In this document: positions 38,080 to 47,417 of the stretch, one piece after another
How the letters are laid out: every line of letters begins with the position of its first letter
Position numbering within the stretch: position 1 is the first letter of the stretch
NCBI GenBank assembly: GCA_049510745.1
Contig: JBEKYR010000010.1
Location: forward strand, 80,345 to 144,344
Direction of reading: 5' to 3'
From: Verrucomicrobiota bacterium
Lineage (GTDB): Bacteria > Verrucomicrobiota > Verrucomicrobiia > Limisphaerales > Palsa-1400
Length of the DNA: 64,000 bases
Notes under the pieces: generated by a model
Told to the model about the DNA's origin: nothing
Database searches by the model: none
What the model saw: the letters and a program-made list of their open reading frames with translations, nothing else
Made by a program: the position numbers and the translations under genes

Positions 38080-38414
38080 CGCATTCTCCATTCGCTTTTG
38101 GCAACGCTTCATCATTTGCATATAAATGATGGGGCATTGCCAGCCGCGCGGATTCCTCGGCACATGCTCATTTCATCCACGGCGCTTTGACTGTCCGGCT
38201 TTCCCCTCCTGCCCTCGAAAACCGTGCAGACAAAGCGCCGTGACAGCGAACATCCATGCGGGTTCCGCACTCAACGCCTGAGCCTCAGCCACGCTCCACT
38301 TCACGCCGCCCCCTTGCTTCCCCGGCTTCGTTACGTTCTGCTTTGGCTTCGGGTCAGGCGTTCAGTGCGTTGAACATAATCCTTTGAATCAATGGACACC
38401 ATAGACTGTCTTTG

Positions 38415-38651
38415 ATGTTGATGAACGAACTCAATCCGTTGACGTGTCCATTATGCGCCGAACCGAATCACTGCGGTTTTGCCCAGGGCCTCACTGACTG
38501 CTGGTGTCGGCATGTCCAAATCCCAATTCGTCGTTTGATGCAGATTCCGCCCGCCTTTATCAACAAGGCTTGTATCTGCCAGACGTGCGCAATGGCACCA
38601 TTGCAGAACCGTTCTCCATTGCCGCATTCACATCCGCGCACATCCGCATAA
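38415..38651 (+). CDS. Cysteine-rich CWC family protein
   Basis: CPLCAEPNHC...CWC...IP...ACICQTCA. Confidence 0.8.
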   Translation: MLMNELNPLTCPLCAEPNHCGFAQGLTDCWCRHVQIPIRRLMQIPPAFINKACICQTCAMAPLQNRSPLPHSHPRTSA

Positions 38652-38662
38652 ACTGCGTCACG

Positions 38663-38761
38663 GCTCCCCGTGGAACCGAACGCGATGACGTGGCGGGTCA
38701 AGTCGTCCGGGCTTAACTCCAAAACGCGCCCCGCAGGCTCGTAGCATGGCAGTTGAATCAT
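38663..38761 (-). pseudogene. N-terminal fragment of a TraD/VirD4-like coupling ATPase
   Basis: MIQLPCYEPAGRVLELSPDDLTRHVIAFGSTGS, broken inside Walker A (GSTGSGKT expected). Confidence 0.6.
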
Positions 38762-38775
38762 GGCGGTGAAAACGG

Positions 38776-39063
38776 TTAGAATGGAACGGCCTTTCGGGCT
38801 TCCTCCGGGTCCGGCGTGGCAGATTCATTCGGTCCAGCGCCGTTTGGCTTGGATGCTGGCAGGATGAAGTGAACGGACTCGGCGATCAAAACAAGCCGGG
38901 AATGGTTCGCCCCATCCTGTTCCCACGTTTCCGTTCGCAGGCGACCGGTTGCCAGAACGGGATCGCCCCGATGCTTTTGGGCCAGATGCTCTGCCGTGCG
39001 ACCGAAGGCGGAACACGGAGCATATGCCGCCTCGTCCTTCCATTGGCCACCTTTGCTCTGATA
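38776..39063 (-). pseudogene. ssb: 5'-truncated single-stranded DNA-binding protein
   Basis: Manual translation (absent from the ORF track): YQSKGGQWKDEAAYAPCSAFGRTAEHLAQKHRGDPVLATGRLRTETWEQDGANHSRLVLIAESVHFI...AVPF*. Confidence 0.8.
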
Positions 39064-39068
39064 TCAGT

Positions 39069-39092
39069 GCAATAGCACAAATGTGCTATTGC
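39069..39092. promoter_or_regulatory. Palindromic operator, copy 1
   Basis: GCAATAGCACA-AA-TGTGCTATTGC, a perfect 11-2-11 palindrome. Confidence 0.7.
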
Positions 39093-39122
39093 GCTCAGGG
39101 GCATTTCAAAGACAATGCCAGC

Positions 39123-40379
39123 GTGAACGAAGCCGCCAGCCTGTCGACGTCTCCCAACCAACCGATCCCGAAACGCTTGATCTCCCTGGACGCTCTGCGC
39201 GGTTTCGACATGTTTTGGATCATCGCCGCCGACCCGCTGGTCGCCGCCCTCAACAAGATGGCTCATGCCGGCGGGCACAGCGGCGGATTCTCGTTCATCG
39301 GCCTGGTGGCATACGAATTGTGCCACGCGGAATGGGAGGGGTTTCATTTCGAAGACCTGATTTTTCCGCTCTTCATGTTTATGGCGGGAATGTCGATTGT
39401 TTTCTCGCTAAGGAAGACCATTGAGCGGGAGGGCCGCGCGGCGGCGGTTCGGCGTGTCCTCCGGCGCGGAATCTTGCTCTACATTCTCGGGATTTTTTAC
39501 TACGGCGGCTTCTCGAACCCATGGCCGCATATCCGGTTGTTGGGGGTGCTGCAACGGATCGGCCTGTGCTATCTGTTCGCCGGCCTGATTTTCTGTTTCT
39601 GCAATCTGCGAACGATGATCGCGATTGCCACGGGGTTGTTGATCGGCTACTGGGCATTGGCCACGTTTGTTCCGATTCGGAACATTCAATTGCAGAAGGA
39701 GGCCTTGGAGCAATTGGCGGCCAAACGCGGCGTGGCGGATGATCCGCAGGCGCTGTTCCAAAGCACGACGGAGCGGGTCACCGGCCGTTTCGAACCCGGA
39801 TTGAATCTTCCCAACCACATCGACTTTCAGTACCTGCCCGGGTTGAAACGGGAAACCTATTTTGATGCTGTGGGGTGCCTAAGCACGTTGCCGGCGATTG
39901 TCACGTGTCTGTTCGGCGTTTTCGCGGGGTTGCTGTTGCTCAATCCTTCGAGCAACGATCCGCAAAAGGTCGTCTGTCTTCTGGCGGGCGGATTGGTGCT
40001 CGCGGCCCTGGGATGGGCCTGGGGCGCGCAATTCCCCGTAATCAAGAAAATATGGACGTCCTCGTATGTCCTGGTCGCGGGCGGCTATAGCGCGGTGCTG
40101 TTGGCGGTGTTTTACCTCGTGGTCGATATGTGGAAATGCCAGAAGTGGTGCCAGCCGTTTGTGTGGATGGGAATGAACTCGATCACCATCTATATGACCG
40201 ACAACATCCTGGGAGGATTCGGCAAGCTGGCCGCCTGGTTTGTTGGCGGGGACATCAGCGCGTGGTTCAACCATCATCTTATCGGCAGCGGAGACCTTTT
40301 GGCGGCCCTGGTGGAGATGGTTCTGTCCTTTTGGTTCGTCCATTTCCTCTACCGCAGAAGGATCTTTCTGCGTCTGTAG
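39123..40379 (+). CDS. Heparan-alpha-glucosaminide N-acetyltransferase-like membrane acyltransferase
   Basis: RLISLDALRGFDM, HAEWEGFHFEDLIFPLFMF, GVLQRIG, IKKIWTSSYVL; GTG start assumed. Confidence 0.88.
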   Translation: MNEAASLSTSPNQPIPKRLISLDALRGFDMFWIIAADPLVAALNKMAHAGGHSGGFSFIGLVAYELCHAEWEGFHFEDLIFPLFMFMAGMSIVFSLRKTIEREGRAAAVRRVLRRGILLYILGIFYYGGFSNPWPHIRLLGVLQRIGLCYLFAGLIFCFCNLRTMIAIATGLLIGYWALATFVPIRNIQLQKEALEQLAAKRGVADDPQALFQSTTERVTGRFEPGLNLPNHIDFQYLPGLKRETYFDAVGCLSTLPAIVTCLFGVFAGLLLLNPSSNDPQKVVCLLAGGLVLAALGWAWGAQFPVIKKIWTSSYVLVAGGYSAVLLAVFYLVVDMWKCQKWCQPFVWMGMNSITIYMTDNILGGFGKLAAWFVGGDISAWFNHHLIGSGDLLAALVEMVLSFWFVHFLYRRRIFLRL

Positions 40380-40403
40380 TCAGGGTTCTGGTTGCAATTC
40401 ACA

Positions 40404-40439
40404 TTTTTGCGCAGCCGCACTTTTTTGCGCAGCCGCACT
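40404..40439. repeat. 18-bp tandem duplication
   Basis: TTTTTGCGCAGCCGCACT x2. Confidence 0.75.
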
Positions 40440-40555
40440 TTCCCAAGGGCAATCACAGCCGACTCCCACCGGCCTTGGGAGATTACGATTGGCGCTCCGG
40501 TGAAGGATAACGATGTGCCATAGCAAATGCTGGATGGGTGGTTTCGCGATCGAAG

Positions 40556-41557
40556 TCACGCGTCAAAGACCTTGAGGTTGCTCAGCCTGTAGTCAGCCGC
40601 ATTCCAATCCGCAGTTACCCGGCCGGATGTTTGAACCCCGAGATACTTCGCCGGCTGGCTGGAGGCCATCGGCAGGATTTCCTCCAGCGGCAAACCGGTG
40701 AATTTTACAGTGTTGGCCACAGTCCGGTCCAAAGTTATCGCTGATCCCGCCAGCCGTAGTGTGCCCGGACGGGAAACCCGTCCGTCTTCACTCAACACCA
40801 CCTGCTCTCCATTCAGTTCGTAAATGCCGGGAACACATCCGGCTGCCGCCACCGCATCGGTCACCAATAAAGTGCGTTGAGGCGTTTTTGCGCGGACCAT
40901 TGCTTTGACAGTCGCTGGCGGCAGGTGATGCCCGTCCACAATAAAACTGGCAAATAAATCATCGGTCGCGAGTTGTTCCCAGATAAGATTCGGGTGTCTT
41001 GGCAACTGATTCTTACAACCGTTGCCCAAGTGCGTCGAAAGCGTTGCCCCCGCCTTTACCGCCTCGCGAATCTGTTCGGGCGAACCTGCCGTGTGTCCGA
41101 TGGCCGCGCGAACACCCAAACCCACGAGATGCTCGATTAACTCGATCGCTCCATGTGCTTCAGGCGCCAATGTCACCAATTTTATCTGCCCTGCAGCAGC
41201 TTCCTGTCGCCGCAAAAAGTCATCAATTGAAGCGGCAACGACATGCTTGCGCGGATGCGCCCCGCGCGCGCCATCTTCGGAGGAGATATACGGCCCCTCC
41301 ATATGAAGGCCAACAATCGCGGCATGCTGTGTCCGGGTTAGTGTCTTTGCGCACTTGGCAAAGCATTCAAAAGATGACGTGATGAGCGTCGGCAGAAAAC
41401 GCGTCACCCCCGTCATGCGCATTTTCTCAATCGCGCGCAACACATCTTCCGGCGTGGCGAAATGGTTGTTGAAGTCCACGCCGCCAAAGCCGTTGACCTG
41501 GAGATCAAACAATCCGGGAAATTCAATTGGGTTCATCCGGTCCATTTTACGGATCAA
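40556..41557 (-). CDS. nagA: N-acetylglucosamine-6-phosphate deacetylase-like amidohydrolase
   Basis: PGLFDLQVNGFGG, HMEGPYIS, TLAPE, IGHT, THLGN, VDGHH, VTDA, LAGS. Start uncertain. Confidence 0.85.
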   Translation of the reverse strand: MIRKMDRMNPIEFPGLFDLQVNGFGGVDFNNHFATPEDVLRAIEKMRMTGVTRFLPTLITSSFECFAKCAKTLTRTQHAAIVGLHMEGPYISSEDGARGAHPRKHVVAASIDDFLRRQEAAAGQIKLVTLAPEAHGAIELIEHLVGLGVRAAIGHTAGSPEQIREAVKAGATLSTHLGNGCKNQLPRHPNLIWEQLATDDLFASFIVDGHHLPPATVKAMVRAKTPQRTLLVTDAVAAAGCVPGIYELNGEQVVLSEDGRVSRPGTLRLAGSAITLDRTVANTVKFTGLPLEEILPMASSQPAKYLGVQTSGRVTADWNAADYRLSNLKVFDA

Positions 41558-43898
41558 TCAATATTTTCGCCGCCTGTCCACCCTGCGAATGGGGAGCCAC
41601 CCACACCGTCAGTTCGCCCGGTTCGACCATTTGGTGCATGTCAATATTCCAAAAAACAAGTTCCTTTTTGGCCAGCACGAATCGAACGCGGCGCGCTTCA
41701 CCGGGGGAAAGCGTGACTTTCTGGAATCCTTTCAATTCGCGGACCGGGCGGGCGACGCTGGTGCCACGCTGGTTAACGTAGATCTGTACGACTTCCGAAC
41801 CTGCGCGCGGCCCGGAGTTCTTCACCGTGGCTTCAACTGTGATCCCGCCATCTTTGTTCAACTCCGCAGCACTGATCCTGGGTGTTGTGATCCGGGTGGT
41901 TGAATAATCGAACTTGGTATAAGACAGTCCCCAGCCGAATGGAAACAAGGGTGTGTTACGCTCGTCGGTGTAGCCCGTGGTGAATCTGTCGCCGGGATTT
42001 GTTTCGAGCGAGGGGCGACCGGTGTTGAGGGTATTGTAATACAGCGGCATCTGGCCGACAGATCGCGGGAAACTCGCCGTGAGCTTGCCGGCGGGATTCA
42101 CTTCCCCATACAAGGTCCGCACGAGGGCTGGTCCTGTTTGCACGCCGGGAAACCATGCCTCCAGAATCGCCGAAACGTGTTCGGCTTCCCATGGGAGAGC
42201 AAGTGGGCGTCCGTTGAACAGCACGAGCACGACCGGCTTGCCGGTGGCGGCCACCGCCTGCAAAAGCTTGAGCTGTTTGCCGGGCAAATCCAATCGCGAG
42301 CGTGAGGAGGCTTCACCGGTCATGTTGCCGGGTTCGCCCAAGGCTATTAACACCACGTCGGCTTTGTTTGCCGCCGCGAGTGCTTCGGCAAATCCAGCCT
42401 CGGACTCCTCCCCCGCATGAATGCCCTCGGCGTAGATGAGCTTTCCCTTCAGACGCTCGGATAACGACTGCCGGAGCGGCACGACATCCTGCCATCTGCC
42501 CCGTAAAGTCCACGCGCCCAGCATATCCGCTCTGTTGTCGGCAAGCTGGCCGATGAGAGCCACGATCTTGTCGTCGGGCAGTGGAAGTATCGGCGTGCCT
42601 TTGAACGGGTCGTTCTTTAGCAACACGAACGATTCTTCGGCGGCCTGCCGGGCTACTGCAAGGTGCTCCGGTTTGATCATGGCCGAGTCGCTCAACTTCT
42701 CGTCGGCATAGGGCTGGTCGAACAAGCCGAGAGCGAATTTGAGGCGTAAGACGCGGGTGACGGCCTCATCAATGGTTTCTGTCTTCACCTTGCCGCTCTG
42801 AACGAGGGCGGGAAGCTTCGTGTTGTAGAGATTGCCCTGCATATCCATGTCCACACCCGCAGTCAGCGCCTTCAGCGCCGCGCCGCTGCCATTGAGCGCA
42901 ACCCCCTGCGGGATCAACTCACCGATGGAATTCCAGTCGCTCACCACGAAGCCGCGAAAGCCCCATTCCGTTCGCAGAATGTCGGTCAGCGTATGGCGGT
43001 TGGCGGAAGCCGGCACGCCTTGCAGGGTGTTGAACGCGCTCATGAAAGTGCCCACACCCGCGTCCACAGCGGCCTTGAAGGGTGGCAAATAGGTTTCTCG
43101 CAGAACTCGCTCGGACACATCGACGAGGTTGTAGTCTCGTCCCCCCTCGGCCCCGCCGTAGGCAACGAAGTGTTTGGCGCAAGCCAGCATCGAGGCGGGA
43201 TCGGACAAATCATTCCCTTGATAACCACGAACCCAAGCGGCGGCCATGACTTCTCCCAAGTAAGGATCTTCGCCGCTGCCTTCCGTGATCCTTCCCCAGC
43301 GCGCATCACGAGCGACATCCACCATGGGCGAGAACGTCCAGCGAATGCCTTCTGCAGTCGCCTCGACCGCCGCCATCCGCGCACACCGTTCAGCGATTCG
43401 AGGATTCCAAGAGGCCGACAGTCCAAAGGGGATCGGGTAAACCGTGCGATACCCGTGGATCACGTCCAAGCCGAAGAGGATCGGGATTTTCAGCCGCGAT
43501 TTCTCGACGGCCTGTCGCTGCAATTCATTGCACGCGTTTGCACCGGAAAGGTTGAGCATGGAACCGATGCCGCCCCGTGCGGCCAATTCGCGTTGATCAA
43601 TCCGGACGTTGTCCGGGCCAGTGGCACGACCATCAGAGAACTGGGACAGTTGGCCGATTTTTTCCTCCAGCGTCATCCTCGCGAGCAACGCGGCCACCTT
43701 TGTATCAATCTCTTTGCTCCCCGCGAACCCGCTTTTCTCCACGGCCCAAACATCCACCGTGGCGCCGTCCGCATCAAGGCGCATACTTGGAACGGCGGAG
43801 GCGGCATGGAATGTGTCGGTCGCCGCAAAAGACCTGCCTGCGAGCGCAAACACGCCAAGGGCAGCGCACAAGAACTTGAGGGAAGTTTGGTGTTTCAT
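41547..43898 (-). CDS. bglX: GH3 beta-glucosidase, signal peptide
   Basis: MTLEEKIGQ, DVIHG, RWGRITEG, KHF, VVSDW, Fn3-like C-terminus RELKGF. Confidence 0.92.
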   Translation of the reverse strand: MKHQTSLKFLCAALGVFALAGRSFAATDTFHAASAVPSMRLDADGATVDVWAVEKSGFAGSKEIDTKVAALLARMTLEEKIGQLSQFSDGRATGPDNVRIDQRELAARGGIGSMLNLSGANACNELQRQAVEKSRLKIPILFGLDVIHGYRTVYPIPFGLSASWNPRIAERCARMAAVEATAEGIRWTFSPMVDVARDARWGRITEGSGEDPYLGEVMAAAWVRGYQGNDLSDPASMLACAKHFVAYGGAEGGRDYNLVDVSERVLRETYLPPFKAAVDAGVGTFMSAFNTLQGVPASANRHTLTDILRTEWGFRGFVVSDWNSIGELIPQGVALNGSGAALKALTAGVDMDMQGNLYNTKLPALVQSGKVKTETIDEAVTRVLRLKFALGLFDQPYADEKLSDSAMIKPEHLAVARQAAEESFVLLKNDPFKGTPILPLPDDKIVALIGQLADNRADMLGAWTLRGRWQDVVPLRQSLSERLKGKLIYAEGIHAGEESEAGFAEALAAANKADVVLIALGEPGNMTGEASSRSRLDLPGKQLKLLQAVAATGKPVVLVLFNGRPLALPWEAEHVSAILEAWFPGVQTGPALVRTLYGEVNPAGKLTASFPRSVGQMPLYYNTLNTGRPSLETNPGDRFTTGYTDERNTPLFPFGWGLSYTKFDYSTTRITTPRISAAELNKDGGITVEATVKNSGPRAGSEVVQIYVNQRGTSVARPVRELKGFQKVTLSPGEARRVRFVLAKKELVFWNIDMHQMVEPGELTVWVAPHSQGGQAAKILIDP

Positions 43899-44224
43899 TC
43901 GGCAGGTTGGCAGATCACTGGGCGCATTGTGATCGATTTGCTAAACTTCAACAGCCAAACGCAAATGAAGCTGCCGCCGTTCGCTTCAAGATACTTCATC
44001 CAAGTTTCCATGCCGGACAACCCTTCGCCGGCCGGAGGCGCAATCATGTTCAACCCTATGGGAATGTAAGGTCGGCCATCGGACAACTCGAAATAGCGCG
44101 AATCGCGCGGGCTGACGCGGACGAAGACATCATTCGTCGGCGAAAGCGATCCTGCAGCAGCTCCGCTCATTCCAATCTGCAACATGAGCGCTGACACTAC
44201 GGCAAAGCGGCGACGATCCATCAT
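43895..44224 (-). pseudogene. Truncated secreted glycoside-hydrolase-like gene
   Basis: Signal peptide plus FVRVSPRDSRYFELSDGRPYIPIGLN...WMKYLEANGGSFICVWL, which resembles the start of a clan-A barrel; ends at 109 aa. Confidence 0.55.
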
Positions 44225-44230
44225 TCCCTT

Positions 44231-44304
44231 ACGCTAGCAAATCCTCCCACCGTGCAGAATAACACATATGTGTCATTGTGCAGCCAAATCCGTCCTGATA
44301 AAGT
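44231..44304. promoter_or_regulatory. Palindromic operator, copy 2, with divergent extended -10 boxes
   Basis: AATAACACA-TA-TGTGTCATT at 44258-44277; TGaTAAAGT (+) and TGcTAGCGT (-), each hexamer 21 nt from the motif. Confidence 0.7.
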
Positions 44305-44377
44305 ATTTACAAAATGTTGTTGCATGTTTCGCAAAAAAGAGTTTTGAAACTCCAGGGCAACGGAGTATTCTGCGGGC

Positions 44378-46540
44378 ATGAGCGGCTGTCATCAGCATCA
44401 AAAGCCGGCTGGCCGAAGCAGAGGGCCAAAGCATCTTTCCACAAATCGCTATCGGTTTGTTTGTTGGGTAGGGATCTTCGCCTTAATACTGGCGGTAATG
44501 CTTCCCCTCCAGACTGCGGCGCAGAATCTGACCGTTTCCACCCCTAATGGCGCGGCGTCACTGCTGGTTCTCACCAACGCCGGAGAAATCAGGCGTCTGA
44601 AACGGGAGGAAGCTTTGCGCGGCTATCCGGTCAAAATACGTGGCGTGGTTACCTGCATCCAGCCGGAATGTCAAGCCATGGTCATCCAGGATTCCACGCT
44701 GGGAATTTACGTGAAAAACTGCTCGTTCCAGGATTCCGTCCCCGCGCAGGTGGGTGAGGATTGGGAAGTCGAAGGGGTCACCGACGCCGGTTTCGCACCG
44801 ATGATCCGTCCCCAACGGGTAACCCGGTTGGGTAAGGGACTCTTGCCGGAGCCTGTGCATCCCACCTGGGATCAACTCATGAATGGCAGCCTAGATAGCC
44901 AATATATGGAATTGCAGGGAATCGTTACGGCCGTTCAGCCCGGAGAAGTGATGCTGCTCACTCGCGGAGGCAAAATTAGAGTTCACTTGCCTGGCTTGAA
45001 ACCCGAGGACATCCAACACGATGAAGGCGCCCTCGTCAGTCTGCGTGGTTGTCTCTTCGCGAAGCATGAGGACGAAAAAATCTCACTACAGGTCAAACTG
45101 GGCGAAATTGAGATTCATAATCCGTCCATTAGCGTCGTCAAACCCGCGCCGGCGGACCTGTTCGCCACGCCATTAAAGCGGGTTGCCGACCTCTTGCTCT
45201 TTGACCCGGAAGCCGGAGCATTTCAAAGGGTCAGAGTCGCCGGTCAAATCGTCCAGATGCGGGACGAAACAGGCTATCTGATGGATGGCACCAACGGCCT
45301 GCGGTTCATTCCCAAGGAGATGGCGGAGCTGCAAGTGGCTGACTTGGTGGAAGTCGTCGGTTTTCCAGAACTCGGTGGCCCTTCGCCCGTGCTGCGCGAG
45401 GCTGTGGTGCGCAAGCTCGGCCAAGCCCCTTTGCCGGCCCCCAAAACGCTGACGCCCGATAATCTGTTTCGCAACGATTACGATTCGACCCTGGTGTGCG
45501 TCGAAGGATTGTTGCTCAATCTGGCCAATAACGGCGCCGGGCAGGTTCTGGAGCTGCAGGCCGGGATGCGCAAGTTTGTCGCGCGGTTGAAGGCCAAACC
45601 CTGGTCCGCCTCGGCCATACCCATCGGCAGCCGGCTACAGTTGACCGGGGTCTATGCCGCCCAGAGCGGGAATCGGGAGATTGGCCGCGACACTGATTCC
45701 TTCGAGCTTTTGCTCAATTCCCCATCGGACCTCCGCATCCTGGCGCAGCCTCCCTGGTGGACGCTGGAGCGCCTGCTGGCCATTGTGGGTGTCCTGGCGG
45801 GGCTGCTGGCGCTGGCGTTGGTCTGGATTACCCTGCTCCGCCGTCAAGTCGAGCAGCGCGCCGCTCAACTGAAACAAGAGATTCAGGAATGCGAACGCGC
45901 TGAATATCGGCACACCCTCGAAGAAGAACGCTCCCGCATCGCCCGCGACCTGCATGATGACCTTGGCTCCACCCTCACCGAAATCAGCATGCTGGCGGAA
46001 ACCGGCCGCGATCAGCCGGCCCCGGCCGTAGATCTGCGGAAACGCTTTGATCGTATCTTGGGCCGGACCCAAACCCTTGTGTGGACCCTCGATGAGATCG
46101 TTTGGGCCGTTGATCCCAACAAAGACACGCTGCCGGCCCTGATCCGTTACCTGGCCGGTTACGCCGAGGAATATGTGACTGCCGCCGAACTCGCTTGCCG
46201 TGTGGAGCTGGCCACCGCCGTCCCGGAAAGCCCCCTCTCCGCCCAGGTCCGGCATCATCTCTTCTTGGAAGTCAAAGAGGCCCTCAATAACGCAGTCCGC
46301 CACGCCCAGGCCAGCGAAGTGGTCTTCCGAATCAATCTGCCGGGGAATGAATTGCATATCTGCATCACCGATAATGGACGCGGGTTCGATCCTGCAGCGC
46401 ACTTTGAGGGCAACGGCTTGGCCAATCTCCATCAGCGCTTGGCCAGCCTGCGCGGGCGTTGCGAAATCCATTCTCAGGCCGGTGCCGGCACTACCGTGCT
46501 GCTGGTTTTGCCCCTCGACCACAACCCCCCTTCTCTATGA
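44378..46540 (+). CDS. Sensor histidine kinase (HisKA_3) with large repeated extracytoplasmic region
   Basis: PPWWT TM, EERSRIARDLHDDLGS, KEALNNAVRHA, DNGRGF, GNGLAN. Confidence 0.92.
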   Translation: MSGCHQHQKPAGRSRGPKHLSTNRYRFVCWVGIFALILAVMLPLQTAAQNLTVSTPNGAASLLVLTNAGEIRRLKREEALRGYPVKIRGVVTCIQPECQAMVIQDSTLGIYVKNCSFQDSVPAQVGEDWEVEGVTDAGFAPMIRPQRVTRLGKGLLPEPVHPTWDQLMNGSLDSQYMELQGIVTAVQPGEVMLLTRGGKIRVHLPGLKPEDIQHDEGALVSLRGCLFAKHEDEKISLQVKLGEIEIHNPSISVVKPAPADLFATPLKRVADLLLFDPEAGAFQRVRVAGQIVQMRDETGYLMDGTNGLRFIPKEMAELQVADLVEVVGFPELGGPSPVLREAVVRKLGQAPLPAPKTLTPDNLFRNDYDSTLVCVEGLLLNLANNGAGQVLELQAGMRKFVARLKAKPWSASAIPIGSRLQLTGVYAAQSGNREIGRDTDSFELLLNSPSDLRILAQPPWWTLERLLAIVGVLAGLLALALVWITLLRRQVEQRAAQLKQEIQECERAEYRHTLEEERSRIARDLHDDLGSTLTEISMLAETGRDQPAPAVDLRKRFDRILGRTQTLVWTLDEIVWAVDPNKDTLPALIRYLAGYAEEYVTAAELACRVELATAVPESPLSAQVRHHLFLEVKEALNNAVRHAQASEVVFRINLPGNELHICITDNGRGFDPAAHFEGNGLANLHQRLASLRGRCEIHSQAGAGTTVLLVLPLDHNPPSL

Positions 46541-47214
46541 CTACCATTGCAATTGTTGAAGACAACGATACCGTTCGCCAAACACTGCGCGAGTGGGTTG
46601 ACGGCGCTTGCGGCTGCCGCTGCGTCTGCGCCTGCGCGACCAGCAACGAAGCTCTGGCCGCCATTCCGCGCCATAGCCCCGACGTGGTTTTGATGGACAT
46701 CCATTTGCCGGGCGGAGAGTCGGGCATTGCCTGCACCGCCCGTTTGAAAGAGTTGCTGCCCCAGCTGCAGATCATCATGCTGACCGTGTACAAAGACCAC
46801 GACTTGATCTTTCAGGCGCTACAGGCCGGCGCCAGCGGCTATTTGTTGAAACGCTCCAGCCGCGAAGAGATCCTTCGCGCCATCGCCGACGTGCATACTG
46901 GGGGCGCCCCAATGACGGGAGAAATTGCCCGGATGCTCGTGGAAACCTTTCAAAAATCTCTCCCCAAACAATCCGAAGGCGGGTTGTCTCCGCGCGAAAC
47001 GGAAATCCTGCTGCTCCTGGCCAAGGGATTGACCAACAAAGAGATCGCCAGCCAGTTGAGCATCAGCTTCGAAACGGTTCGCAACCATCTGCGCCATGTG
47101 TACGAAAAACTCCACGTCCACTGCCGGGTCGAAGCCGTCGCGAAATACATCCACGCGAGCGGAGGCGGGACGAGCAAGGCGCTGCCACTGCATCAACAAG
47201 CGCAAGAGTCTTAG
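46537..47214 (+). CDS. NarL/LuxR family response regulator
   Basis: IAIVED, DVVLMDIHLP, GASGYLLK, LSPRETEIL...NKEIA...VYEKLHV; ATGA overlap with the kinase. Confidence 0.93.
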   Translation: MTTIAIVEDNDTVRQTLREWVDGACGCRCVCACATSNEALAAIPRHSPDVVLMDIHLPGGESGIACTARLKELLPQLQIIMLTVYKDHDLIFQALQAGASGYLLKRSSREEILRAIADVHTGGAPMTGEIARMLVETFQKSLPKQSEGGLSPRETEILLLLAKGLTNKEIASQLSISFETVRNHLRHVYEKLHVHCRVEAVAKYIHASGGGTSKALPLHQQAQES

Positions 47215-47274
47215 CATTACACTGTTTTCCATTTCATGACGCACAGCCCATCCACTTGAGCAGCCAGATCCAGG

Positions 47275-47321
47275 TATGACACATTCATGTCATATCATGG
47301 CGCGCGCCGGTCTGATATGAT
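47275..47321 (+). promoter_or_regulatory. Palindromic operator, copy 3, with extended -10
   Basis: TATGACACA-TT-CATGTCATA, then TATGAT 21 nt downstream, preceded by TG. Confidence 0.65.
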
Positions 47322-47417
47322 CCGTCTTACGAAAAAATGGTTGCACTAAAGCCGAAAACACCCTCGCGGCCCGCCGTTCCGCCATTCAATTGAAATCATG
47401 ATCACCAACATCAACAA

